Numbered from the stretch's first letter, positions 9,713 to 21,719 are shown. The stretch is DNA of 64,000 bases from an uncultured Pseudomonadota bacterium (GCA_963749075.1 CAVVLJ010000004.1:416001-480000), one strand, 5' to 3'. Notes: generated by a model from the sequence alone, not told the origin. Translations and numbers: made by a program.

Positions 9713-10876
9713 ATGAAGCCAGCGATCCGGCCAACTGTGGCCCACTTCTCTTCCGGCCCCTGCACCAAGCGGCCGGGCTGGACGCCCGCAGCGCTCGCCG
9801 GCGCGGCACTCGGCCGCTCGCACCGCTCGCCCGAGGGCAAGGCCAAGCTCGCGGAGGTGATCGAGCTGAGCCGGCGGCTCCTCGGCGTGCCGCACGACTA
9901 CCGCATCGCCATCGTGCCCGCCTCCGATACGGGCGCCATCGAGATGGCGCTCTGGTCGCTTCTCGGCCCGCGCGGGGTCGACGTGCTGGCGTGGGAGAGC
10001 TTCGGCAAGGGCTGGGCCGCGGACGTGACCAAGGAGCTCAAGCTCAAGGACGTGCGCGTGCTCGAGGCGCCCTACGGCAAGCTCCCCGACCTGGCGCGAG
10101 TCGATTTCAACCGCGACGTGGTGTTCACCTGGAACGGCACCACCTCGGGCGTGCGCGTGCCGGACGGCGAGTGGATCGCCGCCGGCCGCGCCGGGCTCAC
10201 CATCTGCGATGCCACCTCGGCCGCCTTCGCCATGGCGCTGCCCTTCGAGCGCCTCGACGTGGTGAGCTACTCCTGGCAGAAGGTGCTGGGCGGCGAGGCT
10301 CAGCACGGCATGCTCATCCTCTCGCCGCGCGCGGCTGCCCGTTTGCTGAGCTACAGCCCGCCCTGGCCGCTCCCCAAGATCTTCCGCCTCGCCAAGGACG
10401 GCAAGCTCATGGAAGGGGTCTTCAAGGGCGAGACCATCAACACGCCCTCCATGCTCTCAGTCGAGGACGCACTCGACGGCCTGCGCTGGGCAGAAAGCAT
10501 CGGCGGGCTCGCGGCCCTCATCGCGCGCTCGGAAGCGAACCTCGCGGCGATCGCCGAGTGGGTGGCGCGCAGCCCCTGGGTCGGTTTTCTCGCCGAGGAC
10601 GTGCGCATCCGCTCCTGCACCTCCGTGTGCCTGACGTTCGCCGATCCGGCGATAGCCCGGCTGCCGCTCGACGCGCGCGCGGCCTTCGCCAAGCGGCTCG
10701 CCCGGCTCCTCGCCGACGAGGGCGTCGCCTACGACATCGAGGCCTATCGCGAGGCGCCGCCGGGCCTGCGCATCTGGGCGGGCGCCACCGTCGAGCGCGC
10801 CGATTTGGAGGCCCTCTTCCCCTGGCTCGACTGGGCCTTTGCCGCCGTGCGCGAGGAGTTCCTCGCGGTTAGCTGA
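9713..10876 (+). CDS. serC: Phosphoserine aminotransferase (alphaproteobacterial type)
   Basis: [33 protein letters not shown]; adjacent to serA. Confidence 0.95.
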   Translation: MKPAIRPTVAHFSSGPCTKRPGWTPAALAGAALGRSHRSPEGKAKLAEVIELSRRLLGVPHDYRIAIVPASDTGAIEMALWSLLGPRGVDVLAWESFGKGWAADVTKELKLKDVRVLEAPYGKLPDLARVDFNRDVVFTWNGTTSGVRVPDGEWIAAGRAGLTICDATSAAFAMALPFERLDVVSYSWQKVLGGEAQHGMLILSPRAAARLLSYSPPWPLPKIFRLAKDGKLMEGVFKGETINTPSMLSVEDALDGLRWAESIGGLAALIARSEANLAAIAEWVARSPWVGFLAEDVRIRSCTSVCLTFADPAIARLPLDARAAFAKRLARLLADEGVAYDIEAYREAPPGLRIWAGATVERADLEALFPWLDWAFAAVREEFLAVS

Positions 10877-10914
10877 GGGATGTCGAGAGAAAGGACGCGC
10901 TCGCGGGCGCCGCC

Positions 10915-12492
10915 ATGAGCAAGGTCTTCATCGCCGACAAGCTGAGCCCGCGCGCCGTCGAGGTCTTCGAGGCGCGCGGCATCGAAGCCGTGGTCAAGAC
11001 CGGCCTCAAGGAGCCCGAGCTGATCGCTGCCATCGACGGCTCGGAGGCACTCGCCGTGCGCTCGGCCACCAAGGTGACGGCGAGCCTCATGGCGGCAGCA
11101 CCCCTGCTCAGGGTGGTGGGGCGCGCCGGCATCGGCGTCGACAACATCGATCTCGCGGCGGCGACGGCGCGCGGCATCGTGGTGATGAACACGCCCTACG
11201 GCAATGCCGTCACCACCGCCGAGCACGCCATCGCCATGATGATGGCGCTCGCCCGCCAGATCCCCGCGGCCGACCGCTCGACCCAGGCCGGCAAGTGGGA
11301 GAAGAGCCGCTTCATGGGCGTCGAGCTCACCGGCAAGACGCTCGGCATCGTCGGCTGCGGCAACATCGGCGCCATCGTGGCCGACCGCGCGCGCGGCCTC
11401 CATATGGAGATCATCGCCTACGATCCCTTCCTTTTGCCCGAGCGCGCGGCCGCCCTCCGCCTCGAGCGCGTCGAGCTCGAGGAGCTTTGGAGGCGCGCCG
11501 ATTTCGTGACGCTCCACGTGCCGCTCACCAATGCCACGCGCAACATGGTCAACAGCGCCAGTCTCTCGCTCATGAAGCGCGGCGTGCGCCTGGTGAACTG
11601 CGCGCGCGGCGGGCTCGTCGACGAGGCGGCACTGGCGGAGGCGCTGGCGAGCGGCCAGGTCGCGGGTGCCGCCTTCGACGTCTTCGAGACCGAGCCCGCT
11701 ACCCGCTCGGTGCTCTTCGGCCGGGAGAATTTCGTGGCGACGCCGCATCTCGGCGCCTCGACCGAGGAGGCGCAGGAGAAGGTGGCGATCCAGCTGGCCG
11801 AGCAGATCGCCGACTTCCTCTTGAAGGGTGCCGTCGTCAATGCGGTCAATACGCCCTCGATCAGCCGCGAGGAGGCGCCGCGCCTCAAGCCCTACATGGA
11901 GCTTGCCGAGCTGCTCGGGAGCTTCCTGGGCCAGCTCGCCGATCGGGCGCCCAAGGTCGTGAGCGTGGAGTACGCCGGCCAGGCCGCCGAGCTCGACACC
12001 CGCCCGCTCACCGCCGTCATCCTCCAGGGCCTCTTCAAGCGCACGCTCGAGGCGGTCAACATGGTGAACGCGCCGCAGATCGCGCGCGAGCGCGGCGTCC
12101 AGGTGCGCGAGGCCAAGGACAAGGAGACGCCGGACTACCACACCCTCGTGCGCGTCACGGTCGAGAGCGAGGACCGCACGCGCACGCTCGCCGGCACGCT
12201 CTTCGGCGGCACGCGGCCGCGCATCGTGCGCATCCAGGAGGTGCCGATCGAGGCCGAGCTCGGGCGCCACATGCTCTACGTGCGCAACCACGACAAGCCG
12301 GGCTTCATCGGCCAGCTCGGCAAGACGCTCGGCGACGCCGGTGTCAATATCGCGACCTTCCATCTCGGCCGCACGGCACCTGGAGGGAACGCCATCGCCC
12401 TCGTCCAGGTCGACGAGGCGATCCCGCCCGAGCTCCTCGCGCGCATCCAAGCGCTCCCCGGCACGATCCGGGCGAGGGCGCTCGGGTTCTGA
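10915..12492 (+). CDS. serA: D-3-phosphoglycerate dehydrogenase
   Basis: GRAGIGVDN, GCGNIG, NCARGG, TPHLGAST, C-terminal ACT domain. Confidence 0.97.
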   Translation: MSKVFIADKLSPRAVEVFEARGIEAVVKTGLKEPELIAAIDGSEALAVRSATKVTASLMAAAPLLRVVGRAGIGVDNIDLAAATARGIVVMNTPYGNAVTTAEHAIAMMMALARQIPAADRSTQAGKWEKSRFMGVELTGKTLGIVGCGNIGAIVADRARGLHMEIIAYDPFLLPERAAALRLERVELEELWRRADFVTLHVPLTNATRNMVNSASLSLMKRGVRLVNCARGGLVDEAALAEALASGQVAGAAFDVFETEPATRSVLFGRENFVATPHLGASTEEAQEKVAIQLAEQIADFLLKGAVVNAVNTPSISREEAPRLKPYMELAELLGSFLGQLADRAPKVVSVEYAGQAAELDTRPLTAVILQGLFKRTLEAVNMVNAPQIARERGVQVREAKDKETPDYHTLVRVTVESEDRTRTLAGTLFGGTRPRIVRIQEVPIEAELGRHMLYVRNHDKPGFIGQLGKTLGDAGVNIATFHLGRTAPGGNAIALVQVDEAIPPELLARIQALPGTIRARALGF

Positions 12493-12821
<329 letters not shown>

Positions 12822-12822
<1 letters not shown>

Positions 12823-13262
12823 TGCTCTATTTCGATACGAGCTTTCTTGCCCCGCTCATCCTTCCGGAGCCGACGAGCGGCAGGGTCGAGCGGCTCGTGC
12901 GGCGGCTTCCGGCCGGCGAGTTCGCCATCAGCCAGTGGACGCGCGTCGAGTTCTCCTCGCTCCTCGCCCGCGAGGTCCGCATGGGCGGCCTCGCGGCCGA
13001 GGCGGCGCACGCCGCCGACGCCGAATTCGAGGCTGTCGTCGCGGAGTCGTTCGACGTGCTTGTGCCGGATGCGGCGGACTTCTCCCTCGCGAAGCATTAT
13101 CTCGCGCGGTACGAGACTGGATTGCGCGCGGGCGACGCGCTCCATCTCGCTATCGCCGCCAACCGGCGGGCCGGGATGATCTACAGCCTGGGCAAGGCGA
13201 TGGTGAGGGCCGGCAAGCGCCTCGGCCTGCCGATCGGCGCGGGACTCCGGCTCCGCGGCTGA
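12822..13262 (+). CDS. vapC: VapC/PIN domain toxin
   Basis: MLYFDTSFL, VEFSS, LRAGDALHLA; TGATG overlap with antitoxin. Confidence 0.9.
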
Positions 13263-13283
13263 CCGCGGCTGCGGTGTCCGCCG

Positions 13284-14225
13284 TCAGCTGCCGTAAGTTC
13301 CGCCCCTCGGCGCGTCCTCTGCGGGCGGGGCCGCAACGTCCTCCTCGGTGACGCTCACGTCCACCGCCATGCCGAGACAGTCGGAGCGCGTGCCGAAGAA
13401 TGTGCCCCAGAGCGGCAGGGCTTGGCGAGGATCCCAGGCCACGGCGACGCGGACGAGATTGCGGTTGCCCACGATGCAGTTGGTCGGGTCGAAATCGACC
13501 CAGCCGGCGCCCGGCAGATAGGCCTGCATCCAGGCGTGGGTGGCGCCGCCTCCGACGGTGGCATAATCGCCCTGCGGCACGAAGATGTAGCCGCTCACGA
13601 AGCGCGCGGCGAGGCCGAGCGAGCGCACGGCTTCCATCATCAGAAGGGCGAAATCCCGGCAGCTGCCGCGGCCGAGGCGGAGCGTCTCGTGCGGGCTCTG
13701 GACGCCCTTCTCGCCGCGGTGCACGTAATCGAATTGCTCCTTGATGCCGCGCGTCATGGCGTGAAGGAGCGCCATGGTGTCGCGCGATCCGTGCGTGGCC
13801 AGAAACTGCGCCACCCAGCGGTCGACGTCATCGGCCGCATAGCGGCGCTGGACGGCGCTCGCGAGATCGGGCCACTCCTCGTCCGAATAGCGGAAGGGAT
13901 AGGACTGCGCGCCGAGCTCGAGCGCATAATCGGGCAGCACCGTCTCGAAATGCTCGAGCGTCACCGTGCTGTCGAACGAGAGCTCCGTCGTCGTGCCGCG
14001 GAAGCTCGCGATGGCGACCGAATTGTCGAATACGTCGTGCAGCCAGCGCAGCTCGGCGGGGCGAGGCCGGATGTCCAGCCCGGTCTTGACCAGGCGGAGA
14101 TCGTGGCTCGCGCGCGGGCGGAACATCATGCGATGCTCGCCCAGGCTGACCGGCTCGCGGTAGCGGTAGGTCGTGACATGGCGGACGGTGAGCAGGCGCA
14201 TGCCGGTGGTCGTCCTCTCGCTCAT
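13284..14225 (-). CDS. Transglutaminase-like family protein
   Basis: RHVTTYRY, GSCRDFA, ATHAW, WVDFDPTN (Cys-His-Asp triad). Confidence 0.9.
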   Translation of the reverse strand: MSERTTTGMRLLTVRHVTTYRYREPVSLGEHRMMFRPRASHDLRLVKTGLDIRPRPAELRWLHDVFDNSVAIASFRGTTTELSFDSTVTLEHFETVLPDYALELGAQSYPFRYSDEEWPDLASAVQRRYAADDVDRWVAQFLATHGSRDTMALLHAMTRGIKEQFDYVHRGEKGVQSPHETLRLGRGSCRDFALLMMEAVRSLGLAARFVSGYIFVPQGDYATVGGGATHAWMQAYLPGAGWVDFDPTNCIVGNRNLVRVAVAWDPRQALPLWGTFFGTRSDCLGMAVDVSVTEEDVAAPPAEDAPRGGTYGS

Positions 14226-15040
14226 GAGGGCGGAGCGCGCAGCTCGTCGACCCACACCTTGAAGCTCGACAGCGTGTTCGCACCGAAGGTGTTGCTGAGC
14301 GCCACGTCCGTCGCATCGCGCCCGCGCGCCATCAGGATGCGGCCGATGCGCGGCATGTTGTTGCGCGGGTCGAAGGTGTGCCAGCGGCCGCCCAGGTAGA
14401 CCTCGATCCAGGCGGCGAAATCCATCGGGCCATAGGGCGGCGCCATGCCGATGTCGCCCAGGTAGCCGGTGCAGTAGCGCGCCGGTATGTTCATGCAGCG
14501 GCAGAAGGCGATGGCGAGATGCGCGTAGTCGCGGCAGACGCCCCGCCTCTCATGGAAGGCCTCCGACGCGGTCCGCGTCGGGCGGGCATGCTCGTAGCCG
14601 AAGGCGATGTGGCGATGGACGTAATCGCAAATGGCCTGCACGCGTCTGCCGCCGGCGGGCGCCTTGGCGAAGAGCTCCCAGGCCGCCTCGGAGAGCCGGT
14701 CGGTATCGCAATAGCGGCTGCCGAGAAGGAAGAGCAGGCTCTCCGCGGGAAGGTCCTGCACCGCATGCTGCGGCGCCCAGATCGCCAGCATTTCGGGCTC
14801 GCCCGTGTCGTTCACCACCGCATCGGCGGCGAGGCGGAGGCGGCCCGCCGGCGCCACGATGCGGCTGCACCAGTTGCCGAAGCTGTCGCGGTAGGGTGCG
14901 ACGGGGATGGCCGGGTCGGTGATCAGGCGGTCGGGAACGGCCATGTCGCCGGCGCGCGTATAGTGGATGTTCAGCATCAGGATCATGGGAGTCGGCTGCG
15001 GGCAGTCGTAGATCAGTTCATAGCCGACCCTTATCTGCAT
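14222..15040 (-). CDS. Transglutaminase-like family protein
   Basis: GVCRDYAH, ARYCTGYLGD, MDFAAW, WHTFDPRN. Confidence 0.9.
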   Translation of the reverse strand: MQIRVGYELIYDCPQPTPMILMLNIHYTRAGDMAVPDRLITDPAIPVAPYRDSFGNWCSRIVAPAGRLRLAADAVVNDTGEPEMLAIWAPQHAVQDLPAESLLFLLGSRYCDTDRLSEAAWELFAKAPAGGRRVQAICDYVHRHIAFGYEHARPTRTASEAFHERRGVCRDYAHLAIAFCRCMNIPARYCTGYLGDIGMAPPYGPMDFAAWIEVYLGGRWHTFDPRNNMPRIGRILMARGRDATDVALSNTFGANTLSSFKVWVDELRAPPS

Positions 15041-15319
15041 GAATGACCCTTCCCTCCGGCCGAGGGAGGTGCTCTGTCGTTGCTCCGGGGCTCACGGAGT
15101 AGCCGGTGGGCGAGCCGGCGCCGGGGCTCGCCGCGGGGCGCCGTCCATTCGCCGGAAAGCTGGGCACGCCGGAAATATATGGGGCCGATGTCGGCGAAGT
15201 GCAACCGACATGGACGGCGAGGAGGGTGCAAGGCCTGCCACGGATTTCCGTTTGCGCTTCCGCGGCAATGCCGCTAGTGCTGTCGCCCGGGGCTCGAACT
15301 TGCGAGAGTGCGGCACGGC

Positions 15320-16459
15320 ATGAGCGAGGACGCCAAGAGGGCGCTATTGCCCGCGGGACTGCGCGATCTCCTGCCGCCCGAGGCGGCGCGGGAGGCCGAG
15401 CTGCGCGAGAGCCTCCTGGCCGTGCTCGCGGGCTACGGCTACGAGCGCGTCGACCCGCCGCTCGTCGAGTTCGAGGACGGGCTCCTCTCCGGCCTCGGGG
15501 CCGCGACCGCCGCCGAGACCTTCCGCCTCATGGATCCCGTGAGCCAGCGCATGATGGGCGTGCGCGCCGACATGACGCCGCAGGTGGCACGCTTGGCGAC
15601 GACGCGCCTCGCCAAGGCGCCGCGGCCCTTGCGGCTCTCCTATGCCGGCGAGGTGCTGCGCGTCAAAGGCAGCCAGCTCAGGCCCGAGCGGCAGTTCGTG
15701 CAGGTGGGCGCCGAGCTCATCGGCACGGCCTCGGCGGCGGCCGATGCCGAGGCGGTGCTGCTCGCCGCCGAGTCGCTCATGGCCGTGGGCGTGGCACGGC
15801 TCTCGGTCGACCTCAATTCCCCGACCCTCGTCTCGGCCCTCTGCCGCGGCCTTGCCGGCGCCGAGGCAGCACAGCTCAAGGCAGCGCTCGACCGCAAGGA
15901 CGCGGCAGCTGTGGCGGCGGTCGGCGGGCCGGCGGCGGAGCTCGCGACAGCACTCCTCGCCGCGGCCGGCAGTGCCGCGCGCGCGCTCGAGGCGCTTGCC
16001 AAGCTGAAGCTGCCGCCCGAGCCGGCGGCCGAGGCGGCGCGCTTGGCCGAGGTGGCCGAGCTCGTGCGCCAGGCGCAGCCGGAGCTCGTGCTCACCATCG
16101 ATCCCGTCGAGTACCGCGGCTTCGAGTACCAGACCGGCGTGAGCTTCACGCTCTTCGCGCGCGGCGTGCGCGGCGAGCTCGGGCGCGGCGGGCGCTACCT
16201 CGCGGGGAGCGCGGCGGGCGAGCCGGCGACCGGCTTCACCCTCTTCCTCGACTCCGTGATCCGCGCGGTGCCCGCGGCCGAGGCGGCGCAGAAGCTCTTC
16301 CTCCCCTACGGCACGGCGGCGGCGGCGGCACGCGCGGTCCGCGCCCAAGGATGGCTGGCGCTCGCCGGCCTCGAGCCCGCGGCCAACGCGCGCGCCGAGG
16401 CCGCCCGGCTCGGCTGCAGCCACCTCTGGCTCGGCGGCAAGATCGTGGCGGTGGAGTAG
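15320..16459 (+). CDS. hisZ: ATP phosphoribosyltransferase regulatory subunit
   Basis: LLPAGLRDLLP, RADMTPQVAR, QVGAELIG, FEYQTG; upstream of purA. Confidence 0.92.
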   Translation: MSEDAKRALLPAGLRDLLPPEAAREAELRESLLAVLAGYGYERVDPPLVEFEDGLLSGLGAATAAETFRLMDPVSQRMMGVRADMTPQVARLATTRLAKAPRPLRLSYAGEVLRVKGSQLRPERQFVQVGAELIGTASAAADAEAVLLAAESLMAVGVARLSVDLNSPTLVSALCRGLAGAEAAQLKAALDRKDAAAVAAVGGPAAELATALLAAAGSAARALEALAKLKLPPEPAAEAARLAEVAELVRQAQPELVLTIDPVEYRGFEYQTGVSFTLFARGVRGELGRGGRYLAGSAAGEPATGFTLFLDSVIRAVPAAEAAQKLFLPYGTAAAAARAVRAQGWLALAGLEPAANARAEAARLGCSHLWLGGKIVAVE

Positions 16460-16503
16460 TATGGCGTCATCATGGTGATCGGCCTAGGCTATTAAAAGTC
16501 TCT

Positions 16504-16683
16504 ACCGCGGAGAACACGGAGGACACGGAGAAGGAAGAGAGCAAGCAAACCACAAAGACACCAAGGCACAAAGAATCATTCTGCCCCCCGGGACGAAGTG
16601 CCCGGGGGTCGCGCGAAGCGCATTTTTTGCCTTCGTGTCTTTGTGGTTCCCTCTTTTTTCCTTCTCCGTGCCCTCCGTGGTAA
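16504..16683. repeat. Nested palindromic repeat, family C copy 1
   Basis: Outer ACCGCGGAGAACACGGAGGACACGGAG / CTCCGTGCCCTCCGTGGT; inner ACCACAAAGACACCAAG / CTTCGTGTCTTTGTGGT; central hairpin. Confidence 0.8.
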
Positions 16684-16728
16684 ATCCTTTTTGGCCGGCG
16701 CAACGATATTTGCAGCAGGAGTGACGCC

Positions 16729-18019
<1,291 letters not shown>

Positions 18020-18173
18020 GGGCGAGAGTAGCGGCAGGCTTCGCGCTCCGGCGTCGCGGCCAAGGAGCCGAGGCAGAGCCCGCCCGCAATGGAAGCCGTC
18101 CGCGGCCATCCGATAAGGCCGCGCCCTCGGCTTGCGTCCTGGCTGCCCTTCCGTTCGACCTGGCGTTCTAGGA

Positions 18174-18365
18174 TCAGCTCGGGCTGTTTCCGAGGTGGCC
18201 GGCAATCGCGTCGAAGGTCGCGGTCAGGTCCGTGCCGAGCAGCGTCACGGCGGCGATGATCGCAACCGCAATCAACGCCGCGATGAGGCCGTATTCGATC
18301 GCGGTGACGCCCCGCTTCGAGCGAAGCGCCAGCGCGGATTTGAGGACTCTTTTGAGCCTCCGCAT
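18174..18365 (-). CDS. flp: Flp family type IVb pilin
   Basis: G|VTAIEYGLIAALIAVAII prepilin motif. Confidence 0.88.
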   Translation of the reverse strand: MRRLKRVLKSALALRSKRGVTAIEYGLIAALIAVAIIAAVTLLGTDLTATFDAIAGHLGNSPS

Positions 18366-18500
18366 CGCCAATACCCCCTCCGGTTTCGGCTGCATGGCTC
18401 TCGATTATACGCCATTTTTGGGAATAACCGACGCTCCGTTCGCGCGCAGCGACCATCGGACGTGCTGGCCGCCGCGCGCCCATACCGCCGCCGCCCTCGC

Positions 18501-19394
18501 TCAGCCGTTGAGGCGCTGCTCGATGGCGAGGTTCTTCATGGTCTTCTGCAGCTTCTCGAAGGCGCGCACCTCGATCTGGCGCACCCGCTCGCGCGAGATG
18601 CCGTAGCTCTGGCTCAAGTCCTCGAGCGTGGTCGGCTCGTCCTTGAGGCGGCGCTCGACGAGGATGCGGCGCTCGCGCGGGTTGAGCGACTTGAGCGCGG
18701 TCTCGAGCAGGCGCTGGCGGTTCGAGAGCTCCTCGTGCTCGGCGAGCTGGGTCTCCTGGCTCGGCGTCTCGTCCTCGAGCCAGTCCTGCCACTCGCCGTC
18801 GCCCTCCTCGCGCACCGGCGCATTGAGCGAATGGTCGGGGCTCGCCAGGCGGCGGTTCATCTGCACCACGTCGGTCTCGGGCACGTTGAGCTCGGTCGCG
18901 ATCTTCTTGACGTTCTCGGGCGAGAGATCGCCCTCGTCGATCGCCTGGAGCCGGCCCTTGATGCGGCGCAGGTTGAAGAAGAGCTTCTTCTGCGCCGCAG
19001 TGGTGCCGATCTTCACGAGCGACCAGGAATGCAGGATGTATTCCTGGATGGCGGCGCGGATCCACCACATGGCGTAGGTCGCGAGGCGGAAGCCGCGGTC
19101 GGGCTCGAAGCGCTTGACCGCCTGCATGAGGCCGACGTTGCCCTCCGAGATGAGCTCGGCGAGCGGCAGCCCGTAGCCGCGGTAGCCCATGGCGATCTTG
19201 GCCACCAGGCGCAGGTGGCTCGTCACCAGCTTCTGCGCCGCCTCGAGGTCGTCGTGCTCGCGCCAGCGCTTGGCCAGCATGTACTCCTCCTCGGGCGCCA
19301 GCATGGGAAAGCGCCGCACCTCCTGGAGGTAGCGCGAGAGGTTGCCCTCGGGGTGCAATGCGTGGACGCTCGGTAACGTGCTGCTCGCTGCCAT
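18501..19394 (-). CDS. rpoH: RNA polymerase sigma-32
   Basis: RpoH box QKKLFFNLRR; sigma regions 2-4. Confidence 0.97.
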   Translation of the reverse strand: MAASSTLPSVHALHPEGNLSRYLQEVRRFPMLAPEEEYMLAKRWREHDDLEAAQKLVTSHLRLVAKIAMGYRGYGLPLAELISEGNVGLMQAVKRFEPDRGFRLATYAMWWIRAAIQEYILHSWSLVKIGTTAAQKKLFFNLRRIKGRLQAIDEGDLSPENVKKIATELNVPETDVVQMNRRLASPDHSLNAPVREEGDGEWQDWLEDETPSQETQLAEHEELSNRQRLLETALKSLNPRERRILVERRLKDEPTTLEDLSQSYGISRERVRQIEVRAFEKLQKTMKNLAIEQRLNG

Positions 19395-19558
19395 GCTGGC
19401 CCTTTCCAGTCTTCCGTTCGCTCGCCTCTACCGGCCGCCCCTCGCGGCCGAGGGCACGCTTCCGCCCGCGCCCTGCCTCGCGTCGCGCGTGCCAGCTGTA
19501 GCCGATCCTGCTGAACGATTGACGCAGTTTAGCATGGCTTTGTGAGAATTTCCTGGAA

Positions 19559-20542
19559 TTATTCCAATGAGGACTTCAATAAATTGATATCGTTTGGTAG
19601 TTTTTTCTCGAAGCGGAGCCTTTCCCGGCTCGCGGGATGCTCGAAGCCGAGCAGATAGGCATCGAGCGCCTGGCGGCCCAAGGCATCGAGCGCCGCGCGC
19701 GCCGCCGGGGGCAGCGCCGCGCGCCGCTCGCGGCCGACGCGGCCATAGAGCGGGTCGCCCATCACCGGATGGCCGCGCGCCGCGAGATGCACGCGGATCT
19801 GGTGGGTGCGGCCGGTCATGAGGCGGCATTCGATGAGGCTGGCGGCGCTGCCGTAGGCGGCGAGCACGCGGTAGCGCGTGAGCGCCGGCCGGCCGCCGCG
19901 GCGGAGCACCGCCATCTTCTTGCGGTTCTGCGGGCTGCGGCCGATGTTGCCGGCGATCTCGCCCTCGGGCGGCCGCGGCACGCCCCAGACGAGGGCACTG
20001 TAGGCGCGCTCGACGCTGTGCGCCGCGAACTGGGCAGCTAACCCGGCATGCGCCGCATCGGTCTTCGCCGCCACCATGAGTCCGCTCGTGTCCTTGTCGA
20101 GACGATGCACGATGCCCGGCCGCTTGACGCCGCCGATGCCCGAGAGGCTGCCGTGGCAATGGGCGAGGAGGGCGTTCACCAGCGTGCGCTCCGGGTTGCC
20201 GGCTCCAGGGTGGACCACCAGTCCCGCCGGCTTGTCGATGACGATCAGGTGCTGATCCTCGTAGATGACCGCGAGCGGCAGGGCTTGCGCCGCCGGGCGA
20301 GCCTCGACACTTTCGGGGACGAGTATGGCGAAATTTTGACCGGCCCTGACCTTGGCGGCGGGCGCCAGCGCCGCGCGCCCGGCCGTCTCGACGGCGCCCG
20401 CCGCGATGAGGCGCTTGAGCCGCGAGCGCGAGAATGCGGGGAGCGCCTCGGCGAGGAAGGCGTCGAGGCGCATGCCCGCGTGCTCGGCTCCCGCCGCGAC
20501 TTCGAGTTTGACCTCGTTCGCTCGCACCGCTATGCCGGACAT
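19559..20542 (-). CDS. rluD: RluA/RluD family pseudouridine synthase
   Basis: S4 domain, KPAGLVVHP, HRLDKDTSG, GRTHQIRVH. Confidence 0.92.
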   Translation of the reverse strand: MSGIAVRANEVKLEVAAGAEHAGMRLDAFLAEALPAFSRSRLKRLIAAGAVETAGRAALAPAAKVRAGQNFAILVPESVEARPAAQALPLAVIYEDQHLIVIDKPAGLVVHPGAGNPERTLVNALLAHCHGSLSGIGGVKRPGIVHRLDKDTSGLMVAAKTDAAHAGLAAQFAAHSVERAYSALVWGVPRPPEGEIAGNIGRSPQNRKKMAVLRRGGRPALTRYRVLAAYGSAASLIECRLMTGRTHQIRVHLAARGHPVMGDPLYGRVGRERRAALPPAARAALDALGRQALDAYLLGFEHPASRERLRFEKKLPNDINLLKSSLE

Positions 20543-20589
20543 GGCTTCTCGCGCGATCGCCGCCGCCGCGGCATTACTGGGCATATTTC

Positions 20590-20934
20590 ATGCAGGCACT
20601 CAAGACCCTGGTCATCGTCATGGGCGTCCTCATCGTGGCGGGCATGGCGCTCGTCGGCTATACCCTCGTCAAGCGGGCGACGGCACCGGAGGCGTCCCGC
20701 CATGCGACCGCCGCCGTCTCAGCACCGGCAGCACCCGGCGCCGAGGCCGCCGAGACGCCCTACGGCCCGGTCGAGATCGCACTCCCCGCGGGTGCCCGCA
20801 TCCTGCGCACGCGCGCAGTCGGCCGCCGCCTCATCGTCGAGCTCGAGCTCGCGGGCGGCGGCGAGCGCGTCCTCGTGGTCGAGCTCTCGACCGGAGCACT
20901 CCTCGGCACCATCGATCTCAAGGCCCAGCCCTGA
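20590..20934 (+). CDS. Membrane-anchored hypothetical protein
   Basis: N-terminal TM MQALKTLVIVMGVLIV; divergent from rluD as usual in Alphaproteobacteria. Confidence 0.75.
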   Translation: MQALKTLVIVMGVLIVAGMALVGYTLVKRATAPEASRHATAAVSAPAAPGAEAAETPYGPVEIALPAGARILRTRAVGRRLIVELELAGGGERVLVVELSTGALLGTIDLKAQP

Positions 20935-20957
20935 GGCGGCGCCGCCTTCAGCCTGTC

Positions 20958-21108
20958 GCGGAGACACGGAGAGGAAGTTTTCAGCGCAGAGGGCGCTGAG
21001 GTCTCGCGGTGGCCGCAGTGGGCATTGATATACCTCCGCGCACTCCGCGAAACCTCTGCGTCCCCTGCGTTAATTCTTTCTTCTCCTCGTCGCGTTCTCC
21101 GTGGTGAA
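20958..21108. repeat. Nested palindromic repeat, family C copy 2
   Basis: CGCGGAGACACGGAG ... CGCAGAGG / CCTCTGCG ... TTCTCCGTGGTG; related to 16504-16683. Confidence 0.7.
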
Positions 21109-21116
21109 TTCCAGCT

Positions 21117-21719
21117 TCAGGGGTGTGCCGCGTGCGGCGGCCTGCGGCGGAAGCGCGAGGGCGGGCGCTTGTAGGTGCGCAGGAAAGCCGCATTGAAGCG
21201 GCGCACGCTGCCGAAGCCGGCGGCAAAGGCGATCTCCGCGAGCGCCAGGTCCGTCTCGTCGATCAGGCGCTTCGCGGCCTGCACGCGGCGCGTCGAGGCG
21301 ACGGCTCGGGGGCTGGCACCGACGTGGCGCACGAAGAGGCGGGAGAGGTGCCGGCTGCCGACGCCGAGCGTCTCGGCGAGCTCGGCGACCGAGGCGCCGT
21401 CGAGAAAGCCCGCCTCGATGAGGCGCATGCCGCGCGTGACCGTGGCCTCGGTGCCGCGCCAGGCGGGGCTGCCGGGTGCCGTCTCGGGCCGGCAGCGCAA
21501 GCATGGCCTGAAGCCGGCCTGCTCCGCTTCCGCCGCCGTGCGGAAGAAGACGACGTTCTTCGAGCGCGCCGGGTGCACCGGGCAGATAGGGCGGCAATAG
21601 ATGCGCGTCGTGCGCACGCCCACGAAGAAACGCCCGTCATAGTGCCGGTCCCGGGCAAGCCGCGCGCGGTCGCACGTCGGCCAGTCGAGCGGCGGCGATG
21701 CTTCGAGCTTCATCAACAT
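21117..21719 (-). CDS. Ada-type regulator (Ada Zn-binding domain plus AraC HTH), AdaA-like
   Basis: IYCRPICP and FRPCLRCRPE zinc ligands; AGFGSVRRFN AraC helix. Confidence 0.9.
   Translation of the reverse strand: MLMKLEASPPLDWPTCDRARLARDRHYDGRFFVGVRTTRIYCRPICPVHPARSKNVVFFRTAAEAEQAGFRPCLRCRPETAPGSPAWRGTEATVTRGMRLIEAGFLDGASVAELAETLGVGSRHLSRLFVRHVGASPRAVASTRRVQAAKRLIDETDLALAEIAFAAGFGSVRRFNAAFLRTYKRPPSRFRRRPPHAAHP

Noticed and set aside
16504-16683. Short repeated units as a CRISPR array
   Set aside because: The repeats are inverted and nested rather than direct repeats with unique spacers, and no cas genes are present.
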